From NCBI GenBank assembly GCA_964035545.1, contig OZ037768.1, positions 19,203,700 through 19,267,699 of the forward strand: DNA of 64,000 bases, in the 5' to 3' direction. Source of the DNA: Bugula neritina (Eukaryota > Animalia > Bryozoa). Below the pieces are notes generated by a model that had not been told where the DNA came from, ran no database searches, and was given only the letters and a program-made list of their open reading frames with translations. Shown piece after piece: positions 39,551 through 52,500 of this stretch. Positions within the stretch are counted from its first letter, which is position 1; each line of letters begins with the position of its first letter. A program made the position numbers and the translations under genes.

Positions 39551-40479
39551 ATATATTTATATTTTCCAGGGCATAATTTCACAGTATCTCGTCTTCAGAC
39601 ATAACACTTATGTGCCAATACAAGATACATTACATCATAATTAAATGTTGTCTATCGGCAAAAATTTTGCAGTAGCCAATCATAGTACTATAACAGGGCA
39701 GTCTGAGTGTAGTATCTCGTTTATCCGCATAATTATAATAGCCCGTAGTTGAAGATGGAGTTGGAAGCTTTTCAAATACCTCCCACATATAATAGCATTT
39801 ATGCTAGTCCCTACAGCTAAATAAACATTAAGGTAGACCAATAATCATGAAAGCTCTACTCATTTGTAACTGGAGGATTTGTAGCACCACAATACTAAAT
39901 TTCTTGCATTGGAGGTGCTTAGGCTGTGTTGTCATAGTGATATGTACTTATTGGGGCTTGGTATAAAATTAAACCTGATAATTATAAGGATTAAAGTATT
40001 ATTGCTGCGGTTTCAACTGACCAACTTTGGAGTTATTATCTCGATTCTTCGTCAGGAATGGTTAGATAATTTCATGCAATAATGAGTTTTGGCTTTATAT
40101 CATTATAAATAATGAGTTTTGGCTTTATATCATTATAAATATCTACATTGATGGCAGCACTGAGCTAGAATTCTAATATCTTTTCAAGCTCATTGGGTGG
40201 CAGATTATCGGCTAAATTCTATGCAGATATTGAATAAATAATGTGGTTTGATAGTTGTGCTATATTGTTAGGTTCACAAGCATCTTTAAAAAGTTATAAT
40301 TATTGCGTTGACCATAGGTCAAAAAATTACCTAAAAAGAGGGCAGACAACTCCAAAAGATTGTTTTCGCAGAAGCAAGTAAAATTCAGCTAAACTGAATA
40401 CTCCAACTGATCAACATTTTCATCTATTAAAATTGAAGAAAAGTTAAATATTATTATACTATTCTAATCATGAATAGGC

Positions 40480-43400
40480 ACAAGCTAAAAAGATATTTAT
40501 TTCAAAAAATATAAAAAGTAAAGTAACACAACAATGTTTGCAAACGCAGACCTAAAAATGTGAATATTCTAGCTTGAAATTAAGTCTGAAATTCAGACTT
40601 TTCTAGGTTGAATTGACTTTAATTGACTCACCAGAAAAAACAATTAATAAAATTATAAAGACAAGCATGTAATGAAATATGTAATTCATTAGCAAAACTG
40701 GAGGAAAGCACTTTTTTCTAGAAATTGTTCGATTACATAATACATTTTGGGCAAATGATGTTTTTTAATAAAATGAAACTGTTGTATTGTTTGGCTAGAT
40801 GAAGTTTCAAAAGTATTTTTAATATTTTCTCAAATAAAGTAGACATGCACTCCATTTTCACATTTTTTGGCAAAACATGATTGGGATTCAGTAGTCAATC
40901 AGTTAAGTTTGACACAAGGAGTTGTCACATCCATTCCAAAGAACAAGACCATCTACAATAACAAACATGGAAAGTACCTAAAATTACATTTAAGTTTACA
41001 ATAATCCTTAAAATATATGCTGCCTTCTACAAATGCTAAATAAAACACGATGTAATGCTATGTTTACTTAGACTAAATCTTGCTGACTTACAATGAAATT
41101 CATTCATTTCAATTTGAAAATTCCTGTCAATAACTTGACTCTATGCTAACAACTAATTGTAATACCAAAATCACACTGCTACTTTTAGTTTAGAGAATTC
41201 ATTTTCATTATTAGTTCAATATTCAGCAGAGGTTTTTCTTTAATGAACAAACAATAGGCATACATGCAGATGAAATATTAGGTCTAGTGAATACTAATTT
41301 TGTGCCTAACAAAAAAAAAAATGAAAGACTGCATGAAAAATTAACAACTCTAAAAACTTGCAATTTGAATGAGGCTCAGGCTTTTAGATGAGCAAGGGTA
41401 ACCAGAAGAGCTACTTTAATGGAAGAAATTACTGACTGATTGTGTAGTTGCAGGCTGCATGATGTGTTTGATTGTCACAACCACGTTTGAAAAGGGAAAA
41501 TCCATTAAATTAAGACTACTGGCAAACAACAGAACGATAAGGAAAAAATACCAAGTAGAAATTCACTTCTCAAAGCAAACTGTAGTTAATACATTATAGA
41601 TGCTTAGAAGAAGCAGGCAATAGTGAATGCTATATATAGTGTAGATCAGGATTCTATACAATGACAAGTAAACTGAAATTCCAGTGCACTTTGAAACTAC
41701 TTGTAAGAATGGGCTTAGTGCTTTATAGTGCCTTGAATTTTTTTCAAGTCTAATTGGCACCATGCTATTAGAATTCGCAGAGAGATGACCCTTTAAACTT
41801 TCACTTTAAACTTTAATACCTTCACGATTTTCAGTAAGAAATTCAATTTATCTAGGTCTGAAATTTCACCGAGTTGCATTGTAAAAGCCGCTGGTCAAAA
41901 TGTCTAGTTTGTGATAACTTAATCAGCTGATTTCAGAATAACAATCATTGGGAATGACATCTTCATGTAGATATAGATATTTATGCTTATAATTATATCG
42001 GCTGCCTTCATCAATCATCGATACTATGCTGCCAAATCAACTAATTAATTACAGTTGGAAACTTCAAAGGGCATTGAATAGCAATTAAGCAAGTTATACA
42101 TTTAATATTACAAAAAGAACTTATGCATCAATATGATTTAAAATATAGGTGGGCACTCCGCTAGTGATATTAACTGAAACTGGAACTTTTTTCATGCAGG
42201 AAAAGCATAAACGCAACTCAACAGAAACTTAAAAATGTCCAGCACACTTTATGCTTTGGCAACATGCACACAATAACTTTGTTTATGGTACAAACCTTTT
42301 TGTTGATTGTTTTCCAACATTTTCACTAGAGCAAAGCCGAAAGAAATTTGGAAACTGCATAATGATGCCAGCCACCGTGGCATCATCTTCTCTGGAAAAT
42401 TATTGACAAATCATCACCCAAAAACTTCAGCAAAGCCTCCATCAATAGTATGTAATACTTTAGGTGAAACTAAAAAGAAAGAGACAATATTTTCGTGTAA
42501 TTTAACCCATCAATAAACGCATCAATAGTTAGTGTGGCCACGGTTTAAACCTCATTAATTTCATGCTATTTAAGGCTTTTACAACTTAAAAGATGTAATT
42601 CATCTGCAAGAGAAATGTTAGGTATATGAAATGAGTAGAAGTGCAAAAGCAAGCAGGTATTAAGGAAGGAAGAGTTAGTAGGTGTACTTTGACTTGCGAT
42701 AAATCAATGTGATACCAGATGTGAATTTTGAGGTGTGTTTACTCCAATCTCACTGAAAAGGTATAAATAGCTAAATTTACGAGACACACAATATTTTATA
42801 AAATACTGCACATTCATTAAAACTTTATAAAACTCTAGTGTGAAGGGTGACTCACACTTTTAAACCGTAGATGAGCTAAGTTGTAAAAGTTTGATGAGAA
42901 CCTTTTACTCTATAAATTTATGCAACAGCTACGAAGTTTTGTTGAAGATAAACTTCCTCAACAAATATACAGGAAAAAGCTATTTGAAAGCCAAATTTCA
43001 TTAGCATATTATAAGATTATTTGTGTTTCATCTTTATAAACAGTGATTTAGTCATTTAACGGATAACTAATGATTTCACTTTGTTTTTCATTCAATAAAA
43101 ACTAAGTGTAGTTGGTATTAAAAACAGCTTTCATTTCTCACTTTTTTTCTCACCCTAATCTGCGTAGGCAAACAATTGGTTTGTTTCAAACACCACAACA
43201 GTAAAGCGTGACAGCATAGCCAGTGGAGAAAACAATCATCTATACTGCTGGATCAGTGGCAACTTGTGAGTGTGTCAGAGTAGTGTCTTGTTGCGTGACT
43301 CTACAAATAAATTATGAATTTGAATATACTACAAAGTTGCAAACATTGTTTTAACAAAACACAGCATTTATTTGATATTATATGTAAAGCTCAAGTTGAT

Positions 43401-46400
43401 ATAATATATATTAAATAAATTTTAGCTTTCCATTTGGATACTCTGAAACAAAATAAAAAATAAACCAAAATTGGGTAAAGCCATGCAAACTAGAGAGAGA
43501 AAGAGAGTGGGAGAGGGGGGTGGGAGAGAAAGGTTAGGAGAGAGGATGGAAGAGAGATGGGTAGAAGAGAAAAAGGGAGAGAGTCAGAGAGATAGTGGAA
43601 AAGAGAGGAGAGAAAGGTTAGGAGAGAGAGAAGGTGGGAGAGACAGAGGGTGGGAGAGAGGGAGGGTGGGAGAGAGGAAGGGTGGGAGAGAGGGAGAGAA
43701 AGAGAGAGAGGTTGAGTGGAAGGTGTGGGAGAAAGAGACAGAGAGAGGAGTGAGAGAGCTTCCAGACTAACACCATTGACTTAAAAAATGTTGATAAAAA
43801 CTGCAGCAAGTCTTTAAAAACGATGCTAGCAAGTTCAAAGCTCACTATAACTTTCAAAATCAATAAAATGTCAAGTTCAAAAAACTCATCTGCGAGCAAA
43901 AAATAGTTACAGAGACAACCAGGTATTGGGCAAGAGCCAGCTAATAGGAGTACCTTTTTAGATAAACTGCATGCAGGCACAGTGAGATAGCATCGGTGAG
44001 TTGTGTCTTCATTTTAATTTCCTAAAAATGAACATAAACAAATGCTAGTAATGAAAGTTTTCAGGGTTATTAAGGGTGCAATTTTATCACTAAACATCAT
44101 AGCAATAGCAAAAATTGCTCAGTACAAATTTAAGAAAAATTTCTTTTGTCCATTACATAATACCCGAAATCAAATCCATTTATTCAATTCATCAAGCTGA
44201 AAAACCAAGAATAATCAGCAAGACAGTAAAATCACTTTCTAGTAAAAAACAGCTTTAGATCATAATTGTTGGGTTCAGCTCTTAAGCTAAGACACCGATG
44301 CACTGAAATACGAAAAAGATCAGCATACTTTTGACTGTCACAAAATTTATTTTACGTGCAACAGACATTTTAAGGTCACCCGCCACCCGCGCAGGACCAC
44401 GTTGGTGAAAGGTGACCAGATATTTTAAGGTCAATCAAAATCAAGCAAAGTTCATCGTCATATTGCTTACTGCTTAATGCTGCAGCTTATTTTGCTTACC
44501 AAGTTTCTTTCTGCAGAATAGTTGTAGCTAGCTTCTGATGATTTGCCATCTTTATTCCAGTCCAGGTTCAAATGACATCTTGATCGTTGCAAATATCCAT
44601 GCAAGCTAAAAAATATTTATCAATCAGTACAACAACAGAAATACTTACAATGATCCAAATATTACTATTACATTACTATAACATTACACAGTAACACTAT
44701 GTTTATAATTGTAATACGGAAGCATGACTTTGTGGTAGTTTGATATGCTATAGCAAAAGGTAGAAAAATCAACTGAAAAACCGACAGAAATAATCAAGTA
44801 CAATTAACTAAAGTAAATAAACTTACTGAATAGTAAATATTTTACTATACTTAGTGAATTGATTTACTTCCACTAGGTTTACTTTCATGATTAAATGCTT
44901 CTGTCTATTTTCCAGTTTATAGGAATATATTAAAAGTGAAACCAATTATAATTACTATTACCTTATCTAGTTTTGACTATATATTTTTCACAAATATAAA
45001 CATAGTTATATGCGTATTCCTATTGTGACTGCAGATACCATTGCGGTAACTGAAATCAAACTTCATTCTACTTCAAGTTTCAAACATTGTCCCAGTTCAA
45101 AGACTAACAAGTAAATAATTAATAACTGTGAAAGCTCCAATAAGTTACTTCATTATTAAATAAGATACAACTGATTCTACTGTATATGATACTATGGTAT
45201 CTGTATTAAATTAAAACATAATTATAAAAATCAAAAGTTGTATTTTGAGCACTTATATTATAGTAATTAAATTAACAGCTTAAAATAGGCACATTAAACC
45301 ATGATTGGAATTTTTATCCATTTATCTTTATAATTATATTTATTCTTTATTCTGAAAGTTGACCCAACACTGGTAACAAAACTAAAAGTAATTGATTAAG
45401 TATGATTTATTCTTACACACTTTACCATTATATTTAGTCTTCCTGACTTTCAGTCTGTCATAGTGATTACTACTATATGAAAATGACTTTGACTTAGGAG
45501 TCATAATTATAGTCACAGTGTTGATAAGTCAACAGTGTAGGATTAACACAGCACTAGACTAGTACTACCTCCAGCTTTCAAGTTTATGTTAGGGTATCTC
45601 TAAGACTAAAGAGTAACCCTAATAATGTAAGCAAAGAGCAGTGAGTAATAAGCATGCTATTCAACTTCAAGTTTCACTAGTACTATAACCAATACCACAT
45701 GTATTTTAATAAAATTATGTAGCTGGTGAGTGAACTATAAAATTAAATAGGGATCAAACTTTGAGCAATATTAATAGAAATAATATTAGGACAGAGGTTT
45801 CCAATTATTAGTATGTGAAACCAAAGGGGAATGGATAACTACTATTAGTATTATTACATTTACTTTATATTTAGTTTTACCAGTTCGTATTATGATTATC
45901 TTACTTTGAATTGTAAAGTATAATAATTATAATATTCATAGTAGTATATTTATATTAGTAATTAATATGTATATTAGTAAAAACATTTGTTTTAAGTTGC
46001 TTGTTTATTAAATTATTCTAAATCCTAATAACGACAATCTTAATATTAGTGATAATCATTATGCTCATCACTGTCCCCAAGTGCTATCAGTATGACCATC
46101 GCAATGTGAACCTAGACGTGAATGTAAAAAGGCACTGCAAAACAGAACATGGGATGGAGGCAGATATCCATACCATAATACAAATATCGATATTGAATTT
46201 TATAATCATAAATATTATACAAATATAATGATAATAACTACAATGATCAAAAATAAATAATACCAAAGAGTTTTCGAATTACTATTCATAAAATCAAATA
46301 TCACATTTATAAAGATATAATCATATCTATTATTAAATTTAAGTCAATTATACTAATAGCAATAGTAATATAAATAGAAAAAAGAATCATTGACCAGGAG

Positions 46401-47682
46401 TAGGTGCAAAATAAAAGTCAATTTTAAGACAAAGAGTAAGAAAAATACTAAATCGATATTTAAAATTACTTATTTTTAATCTTAGTCACTTACAGTCAGT
46501 CTTAGTTTAATTTTTACTACTAAGTCTTTAATTTCAAGTTCATTTTGACAATAAACTTGAAGACTTCAACTAAGAATATGTATAATTCAAAATTCCAAAC
46601 TGGTACAAGTAAAAGTTGCTACTGAAGCTTTGTAATACTATTTTAAATTATTGGTATGATAGCATTATATTTTGATTCATAGCAATATTGATAGTGACAA
46701 TTTCAAACATACCCATACCATTACTGTTACAGTTTAAGTTACTATTGCCATTGTGATTGCCAGTAATGAGTAAATATAATTTAAATTTATATGACTATTA
46801 CTATTAGTATTACTATCACTATCAGTACCGGTACGAGTATAAGTATCACCATGATTCAAAATCAATGTATATTTTATCGATTTACTTTTATATTATCATT
46901 TTATCATTATGTTCATCACTATGATGCTATCATGATATTAATTTTTAATTTAAACATAATAAAATCATAGGTATAATCATAATGATAATCATAATCATAA
47001 TCATAATGCTTAATTTTACTTTTAGTTCAGGTTCAATGATTTAAGAGTAAGTGAAAGTTACTATAACTATTGCCATTGTGATTGCTAGAAATAAGTAAAT
47101 ATAATTTAAATTTATATGACTATTACTATTACCAACACTCAGACTTACTCGGACTCACTCTGTCTCTAACTCTAAGTCTGAGTCTCACTCCACCAGAGTG
47201 AGAGTAACACTGAATTACTATAACTATAACTATTACTATTAGTATTAGCAAAATATATCAACCTTATGATTGCCTATCTTAATTAGTTATTACAATATGT
47301 TCGGCATTGATGTTGAACTAAAAATATTAATAGTTATTACAATCACAATGACAATGCCAATATGAATATGATCAAAGACAAATTATTCCAAGCACTGAAG
47401 CAGTTTGAGTTGAAGGTAAGTTATAAGTTGAAGTAGTACGTAAGTGGTAGTTGACACTGATACTATCAGTGATAGGTCTATACTCCATACCAAAGAACTC
47501 AATAATATTACCTATATATTACCATAAATTATATTACTATTAGTATTACCTATAATTAAAATATATTATTTCTTTTCCAGCTCAGTGCTTTATACCCTCT
47601 ACTTAGTCTAATGCGGCGCACATGACGAGAATGTGAGGTGAAGGTCACTCACAGCTAAAATCGCCAAGGATCTGTAATCCAT
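40480..47682 (-). ncRNA. Putative spliced transcript (lncRNA, micropeptide gene or decayed gene)
   Basis: Candidate exons with GT-AG boundaries: 47653-~47690, 44500-44605, 43246-43300, 42296-42391, 41437-41518, and ~40480-40952. First ORF is only MDYRSLAILALAWIFATIKMSFEPGLE*. Confidence 0.35.
43492..43758. repeat. GA-rich polypurine low-complexity tract
   Basis: Direct reading; almost entirely purines, with many GGG runs. Confidence 0.9.
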
Positions 47683-47790
47683 CACTAGTAGTAGTAGTTC
47701 TAGTAGTTGTACTACCAATAATCTGGCTTCGCTATGGCACTACGAATTGAATGTTGACAAGACGCATGCATGTTTGCTGTTGGTAAACTA
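47580..47790. promoter_or_regulatory. Putative bidirectional promoter
   Basis: ~200-bp GC/CpG-richer island (atgcggcgcacatgacg, ttcgctatggcactacg) with outward-facing donor sites on both strands, inside very AT-rich periodic DNA. Confidence 0.35.
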
Positions 47791-48349
47791 ATTTTTACTG
47801 AATTTTAATCATGCTAAGCTGCAACCTATTTTCTAATGAAATAATATATTCAATAATAATATAATAAATATAATAATATTAATTATCGTTATAATATTTT
47901 ATCATTTAATTTTATAACTTTTACTTTTAGTTTTAGTATTTTGGTTTTACATCAAAATTTACATCAAATATTACATCATAATGATTATCATTATGATTAC
48001 AAAATGAAAATAATTATCATTAATCATTACCTTTTAATTTATGATTATAATTAATGTTAGAATTACCACAATTATTCAGACAATTACAATCATAATGATA
48101 ATGGCATAATGCCAATGATAATCACAATCGTAACACTAATAATAAATAAATAATGGTAATAGTCAAACTCAAGGATTAACTTTGAGCCAATGATTCAGAT
48201 TGTCTAAATTTAATTAAATAAATTTCAGCCTTGGGTTTAACTTTACAGTTCACAATTTTATTTTACATTACGACTGAGAGTCACAGTAAGACTAAGAAAA
48301 AGAGTAAATCATACCTTTCTTGCAGTTATTTTCAAAGTTTGTAGTTGTA

Positions 48350-48492
48350 CTAGTACAGTAGTAGACCTAGTAGTAGTACTAGTAGTAGTAGTAGTAGTAA
48401 CAGTACTATTAGTAGTAGTAGTAGTAGTAGTACTAGTACTAGTAGCAGTACTAGTACTAGTTGTAGTACTAGTATCAGTGGTAGTAGTAATA
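48350..48492. repeat. Degenerate (TAG/TAC)n microsatellite
   Basis: Direct reading. Confidence 0.9.
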
Positions 48493-49559
48493 GGACTGCG
48501 ATCTTAGATGTAAGTCTAATGAAATACGAATAATAATAGTATAAGTATAACTTTTACATATTTAGTTTTACTATAAGTGTAAATATAATGAGTAATAGTA
48601 AAACTCAAAGTATATACATTAACTCAGTTTAGCATTAATGATAAAATATAATAATTATAATAAAGTAATATGATCACCATTACGATTATAATTAAAATTC
48701 TTAGTAACACTTTTATGATACTCAGTTTAATTTATTAATATTAAACGTTAGTTTGGCTACCACAAATAACTAATAAGTGCTACTATAGGTAACTGTAAAG
48801 ATAAGTATAAATTTAACTATAACATAGACTATCAGCAATAATAATATATCATATTGGTATTAAACTATATTATATGGATAATGCAAATCATAGATCATAC
48901 CTCATGATAATTATTCCTAATGATCTTACTTTTTATATGCTGATGCTAATAAGTAGTAATTTTAAATTTAATAACTCATGAATGATGAATAAGATAACAA
49001 GAATAATACTGGACCTAGTAATACTATTATTAGTCCTACTACTAGAATTTTATTATCTTATATGTGTAATACGCTTCTTTTAGTAATACTGCTGGTCAAA
49101 GTTAGTGTTAATCATATTTATAGTTAAATGTTGAAGGAATAAATTAGTTCATAACATAAACATTGCACTATGTGAATATGAAATTTAATATGAATATGCC
49201 AATTACACTTGCTGTTGCTCTTTAGAGACTAGAGTTATAACTTATAACTATGATATAATAATGAATACCATTATTTTAACTAATCATATTACTCAGCTAA
49301 TGTTAATGATAACTGTAAGTCTAAAAACCATTACGGTTATAGGTATCACTGACTAATATTATTAATAATATAATCATTCGTTTTATACTTGTACCTATAT
49401 TTATATTTATACTTATACCTATTTTTATACTTATGATCATATCTATACTTTCACGTATGCTTGTACATTTTACTCATAGTATCAGGGTGGCAATCGAAAA
49501 GTCATAATCGATATGCTAATCTAATAATAGAACCAACTGCACTAATATAGTTGTATATT

Positions 49560-52500
49560 ATTATTATTGTTGATTGACCGTAGTTTTTTAGCTGGTGTAA
49601 CCTTTTACCATTGGCCTAGTTATACTAAGCTGAAATGGATAGAACTTTTCTCAGGATGTGAGCTTATCCTGATCCTAGTAAGGGTGTCTGCTGAATTAAT
49701 GAGCATTTGTTTTCAGCTACTCCAAGTAGTGTCAGCCAGTCTACAATCTTGTATAAAGCTCCAAAGGCTCCAGTTACAACGGGATGACTTTTTTGATGTT
49801 TTCCAAAGGCGGGTTTATTCTAGTGCTAAATTCTGATATTTTCCTAACTTTTCGAATTTTTTTCTTTTACTCTGTAGTTAACAGGGACTGTGATATCAAT
49901 TATCGTTGTTTCAGCATTATGCTTGTCAACTACTAATATATCGGGTCTCCTAACTTTGATGACTACGTCAGTGTGTATGTTAAAATCTTACAAGGTTTTT
50001 ACATTATCATTTTCCAGTACTGATTCTGCTTGATGGCCGTACCAATTCTTACTTTTCTGAAACCCACGAAGTTCACACAACTACTATTGAAATTATCAAT
50101 GCCAAAAGGTTGTGTTTTTTCTTATATTCTCCTTCTGCTACCTTCTCAAACTCACTCAATACGTGCATCGAAGTTTTGTCTCTTGCGTTACACATTCCAC
50201 ACTTCTTGCTACCCTGTTCTCTCATCATAGCCACTTTATAATTTCTAGTAGTGAATAGTTGATCTTGCGCAGCTGTCAGCAGTCCTTCTGTTTCCTTTTT
50301 CAGCCAACCATACTTTAACCAGTTCCAGGAAAATGCTTTCATGTCTTCCACCATTTTGATATATTGACCACGTGAAGCTTTTCTTTACACTCATCAGTTC
50401 TTTCTATCACTTCATCATTATTTAGTTCTACCGCCGTTTTGTCTTTTAGGAAGGTATTCAGTGTGGTGTTTCTATCAGTCTATGTTATATTTATGTAGTC
50501 TGACATGCTGCAGTTTTCAATCTTTATGCATTTTTCAGTTGACAACATTCTTCTACCGCCTTCCCTTCTGCTAAAATACAGCCTGCCTACATCTGCTCTC
50601 AGATAGGGTGCACGGTTTGTTGTCATTAGCTTCCTTGTCTTTCAGTCCATATTTTTTAGCTCATGAAACATTTCAGTCAAGTATTCTAGGTGTGTAATGC
50701 ACTGCTGTTACTGCCCATGTGTTTATTGCTTTGATTGTGTTCTCACCATTCAGTTTTGAATCCAGAACTTTTCTTATTTGTTTGTAGTACTCCTTGATCT
50801 TATTTTTTATTTCATATATTTGTATTCTATCAATCTCAAGAACTCCTAGATATTTATGCGGCTTCTCACCCAGATCTTTGATTACCTTTCATCAGGCAAA
50901 CTGATTCCTGTGTCCTTGATTTTCTTTCCCTTTCTCATAACCAGTGTGGCACATTTTTTGATCCAAATTTCATTTCTATATTCCTTGTGAAGATCCCGGC
51001 AGTGTTTACCAAAGCTTCCAGTTCTGACTTTGATTTCCTATTTACCTTCAGGTCATCCACATATAGGAGATGGTTTGTTTTCTGTCCTGTCGAAATTTGC
51101 ATCATTGAGCCGCTTCTGTCATGCGAATCGGTAGTTGGAGAAAAGGGATAGAGATAAAGAGTCTCCTTAGAAAATTCTTAGTTTGATCTTTATTTCTCCT
51201 ATCTTTTCTTCCAGGTATTTCAGTTGTGTTTTCCAGGTTTCATGCTTTTTCTTATCAACCTTATGACATTAATTGCTATTCTAGTTGTTTGCATCGTTTC
51301 TAAGATCTAATTTCCTTGTCTTTACATATGCTCCAACTTGTTGCTAACTTTATTTAGTCATTCTGCATTGGTATTGTTTTTAGTTGGCTGACCCCATATA
51401 TTTTATCAGAATGCTTTTGATTTCCTTGTCAGGTGCCTCTTTAGATGTACATTCATTTCCTCGTAATTCTTGATAAAAGCGCTTATCATTGTAAACATTG
51501 TGTTCTGATTATATTGATCAACTCATTCTGTATATCTGTTTATCTTCTGGCTTACAGCTCTCAGGTTTTGCTTGAGTTTTTCAATCACTACACCACACTC
51601 TTTGTTCTTTATCCTATATTTTTCTTCAACCATTCTTCTCAATGAATCATTGTAAGCTCTACTTTTTAACTCTGCTATTTTACTTGAGTCTGATCTAATT
51701 TCTTTTTATTTCTTCTGCAGTCGTATTTTCCATACTTGTACATTGTCAGTTTTTCTTTTTCCTTTTTGTTACACACTTGTTCTGTTACTATTTTCCGCAC
51801 AAGCCATGGTGGTGTTATTAAGCTCAATGGTATTAATAATCTCAACACGGTTTAGCACATCATTAATCTGTTTTACTGCCTGTAGTAATTTGACCCTCTC
51901 AATGTGCCTAAGGGCTCTTAGTGTTGGTCGATCATTAGATAGTTTGTTATGCTCATTTATAATTTTTCTACTAACACTTTTTCTACCTCTGAACTAGGTA
52001 CTCTTAAAATTCTCATGGCTGATTTATATGCTATCTCATGTTGTACTATAACATCCTCTATTGGCAAACTTAGCTCTTCTTCATCAATTGATGTGCCTAG
52101 TTCTTGCAAGGTCCCTTCTTCAATCTTATGGAGTTCTTCTTCCATAAAATGCTTGTGTTTCTTCATAGTTCTTGCTTAATCCACTAGTCTCTATTCGCTG
52201 ATGTTAAACCCTCCTCTGTTTTCCAGCGTTTGCACATTCTTTTTAAATAATTCCTTGATCCGGGTCTACAGAGCTCATACATTGTTTTTCTATAACCTCT
52301 CAATTTGGGTGTACTTTTGAAGCAGCATTTCATGACAACTTTGTTGTCTTCTCTTGAGTATCTTCTTCTAGTTGTGCCAGTAACGGGTTGACGGCCGTAG
52401 GTTGCCTGGTCCTCCACATACCCACTGCCAGCGAGACATGCCATGTTTAGTTAGACATACCATTAACGTCGTTGGCTTTATTAGTTCTATTTTAATGGAT
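49560..52500 (-). mobile_element. Decayed R4/Dong-clade non-LTR retrotransposon (RT plus RLE endonuclease), internally deleted
   Basis: N-terminal RRRYSREDNKVVMKC..P..RGYRK; RT motifs IF*GDSLS (~51155-51177) and NHLLYVDDLK (~51046-51075); WLK..LKKETEGLL.AAQDQ and CxxC knuckle (50073-50354); RRPDILVVD...IIDITVP endonuclease (~49880-49980). Many stops and frameshifts; both ends abut (TAA)n-like tracts. Confidence 0.88.

Noticed and set aside
41925-42020. C/D snoRNA on the minus strand (TGATGA..CTGA)
   Set aside because: Only ~9 nt of possible rRNA complementarity and no clear terminal stem; chance is likely in AT-rich DNA.
43471-43980. Glu/Arg/Gly-rich and Leu/Ser/Pro-rich ORFs
   Set aside because: Products of the GA-rich low-complexity tract.
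43300-44560. Selenocysteine TGA formed at the 44500/43300 junction (MANHQKLATTILQKET-TGA)
   Set aside because: No selenoprotein motif or SECIS identified, and the exon model itself is uncertain.
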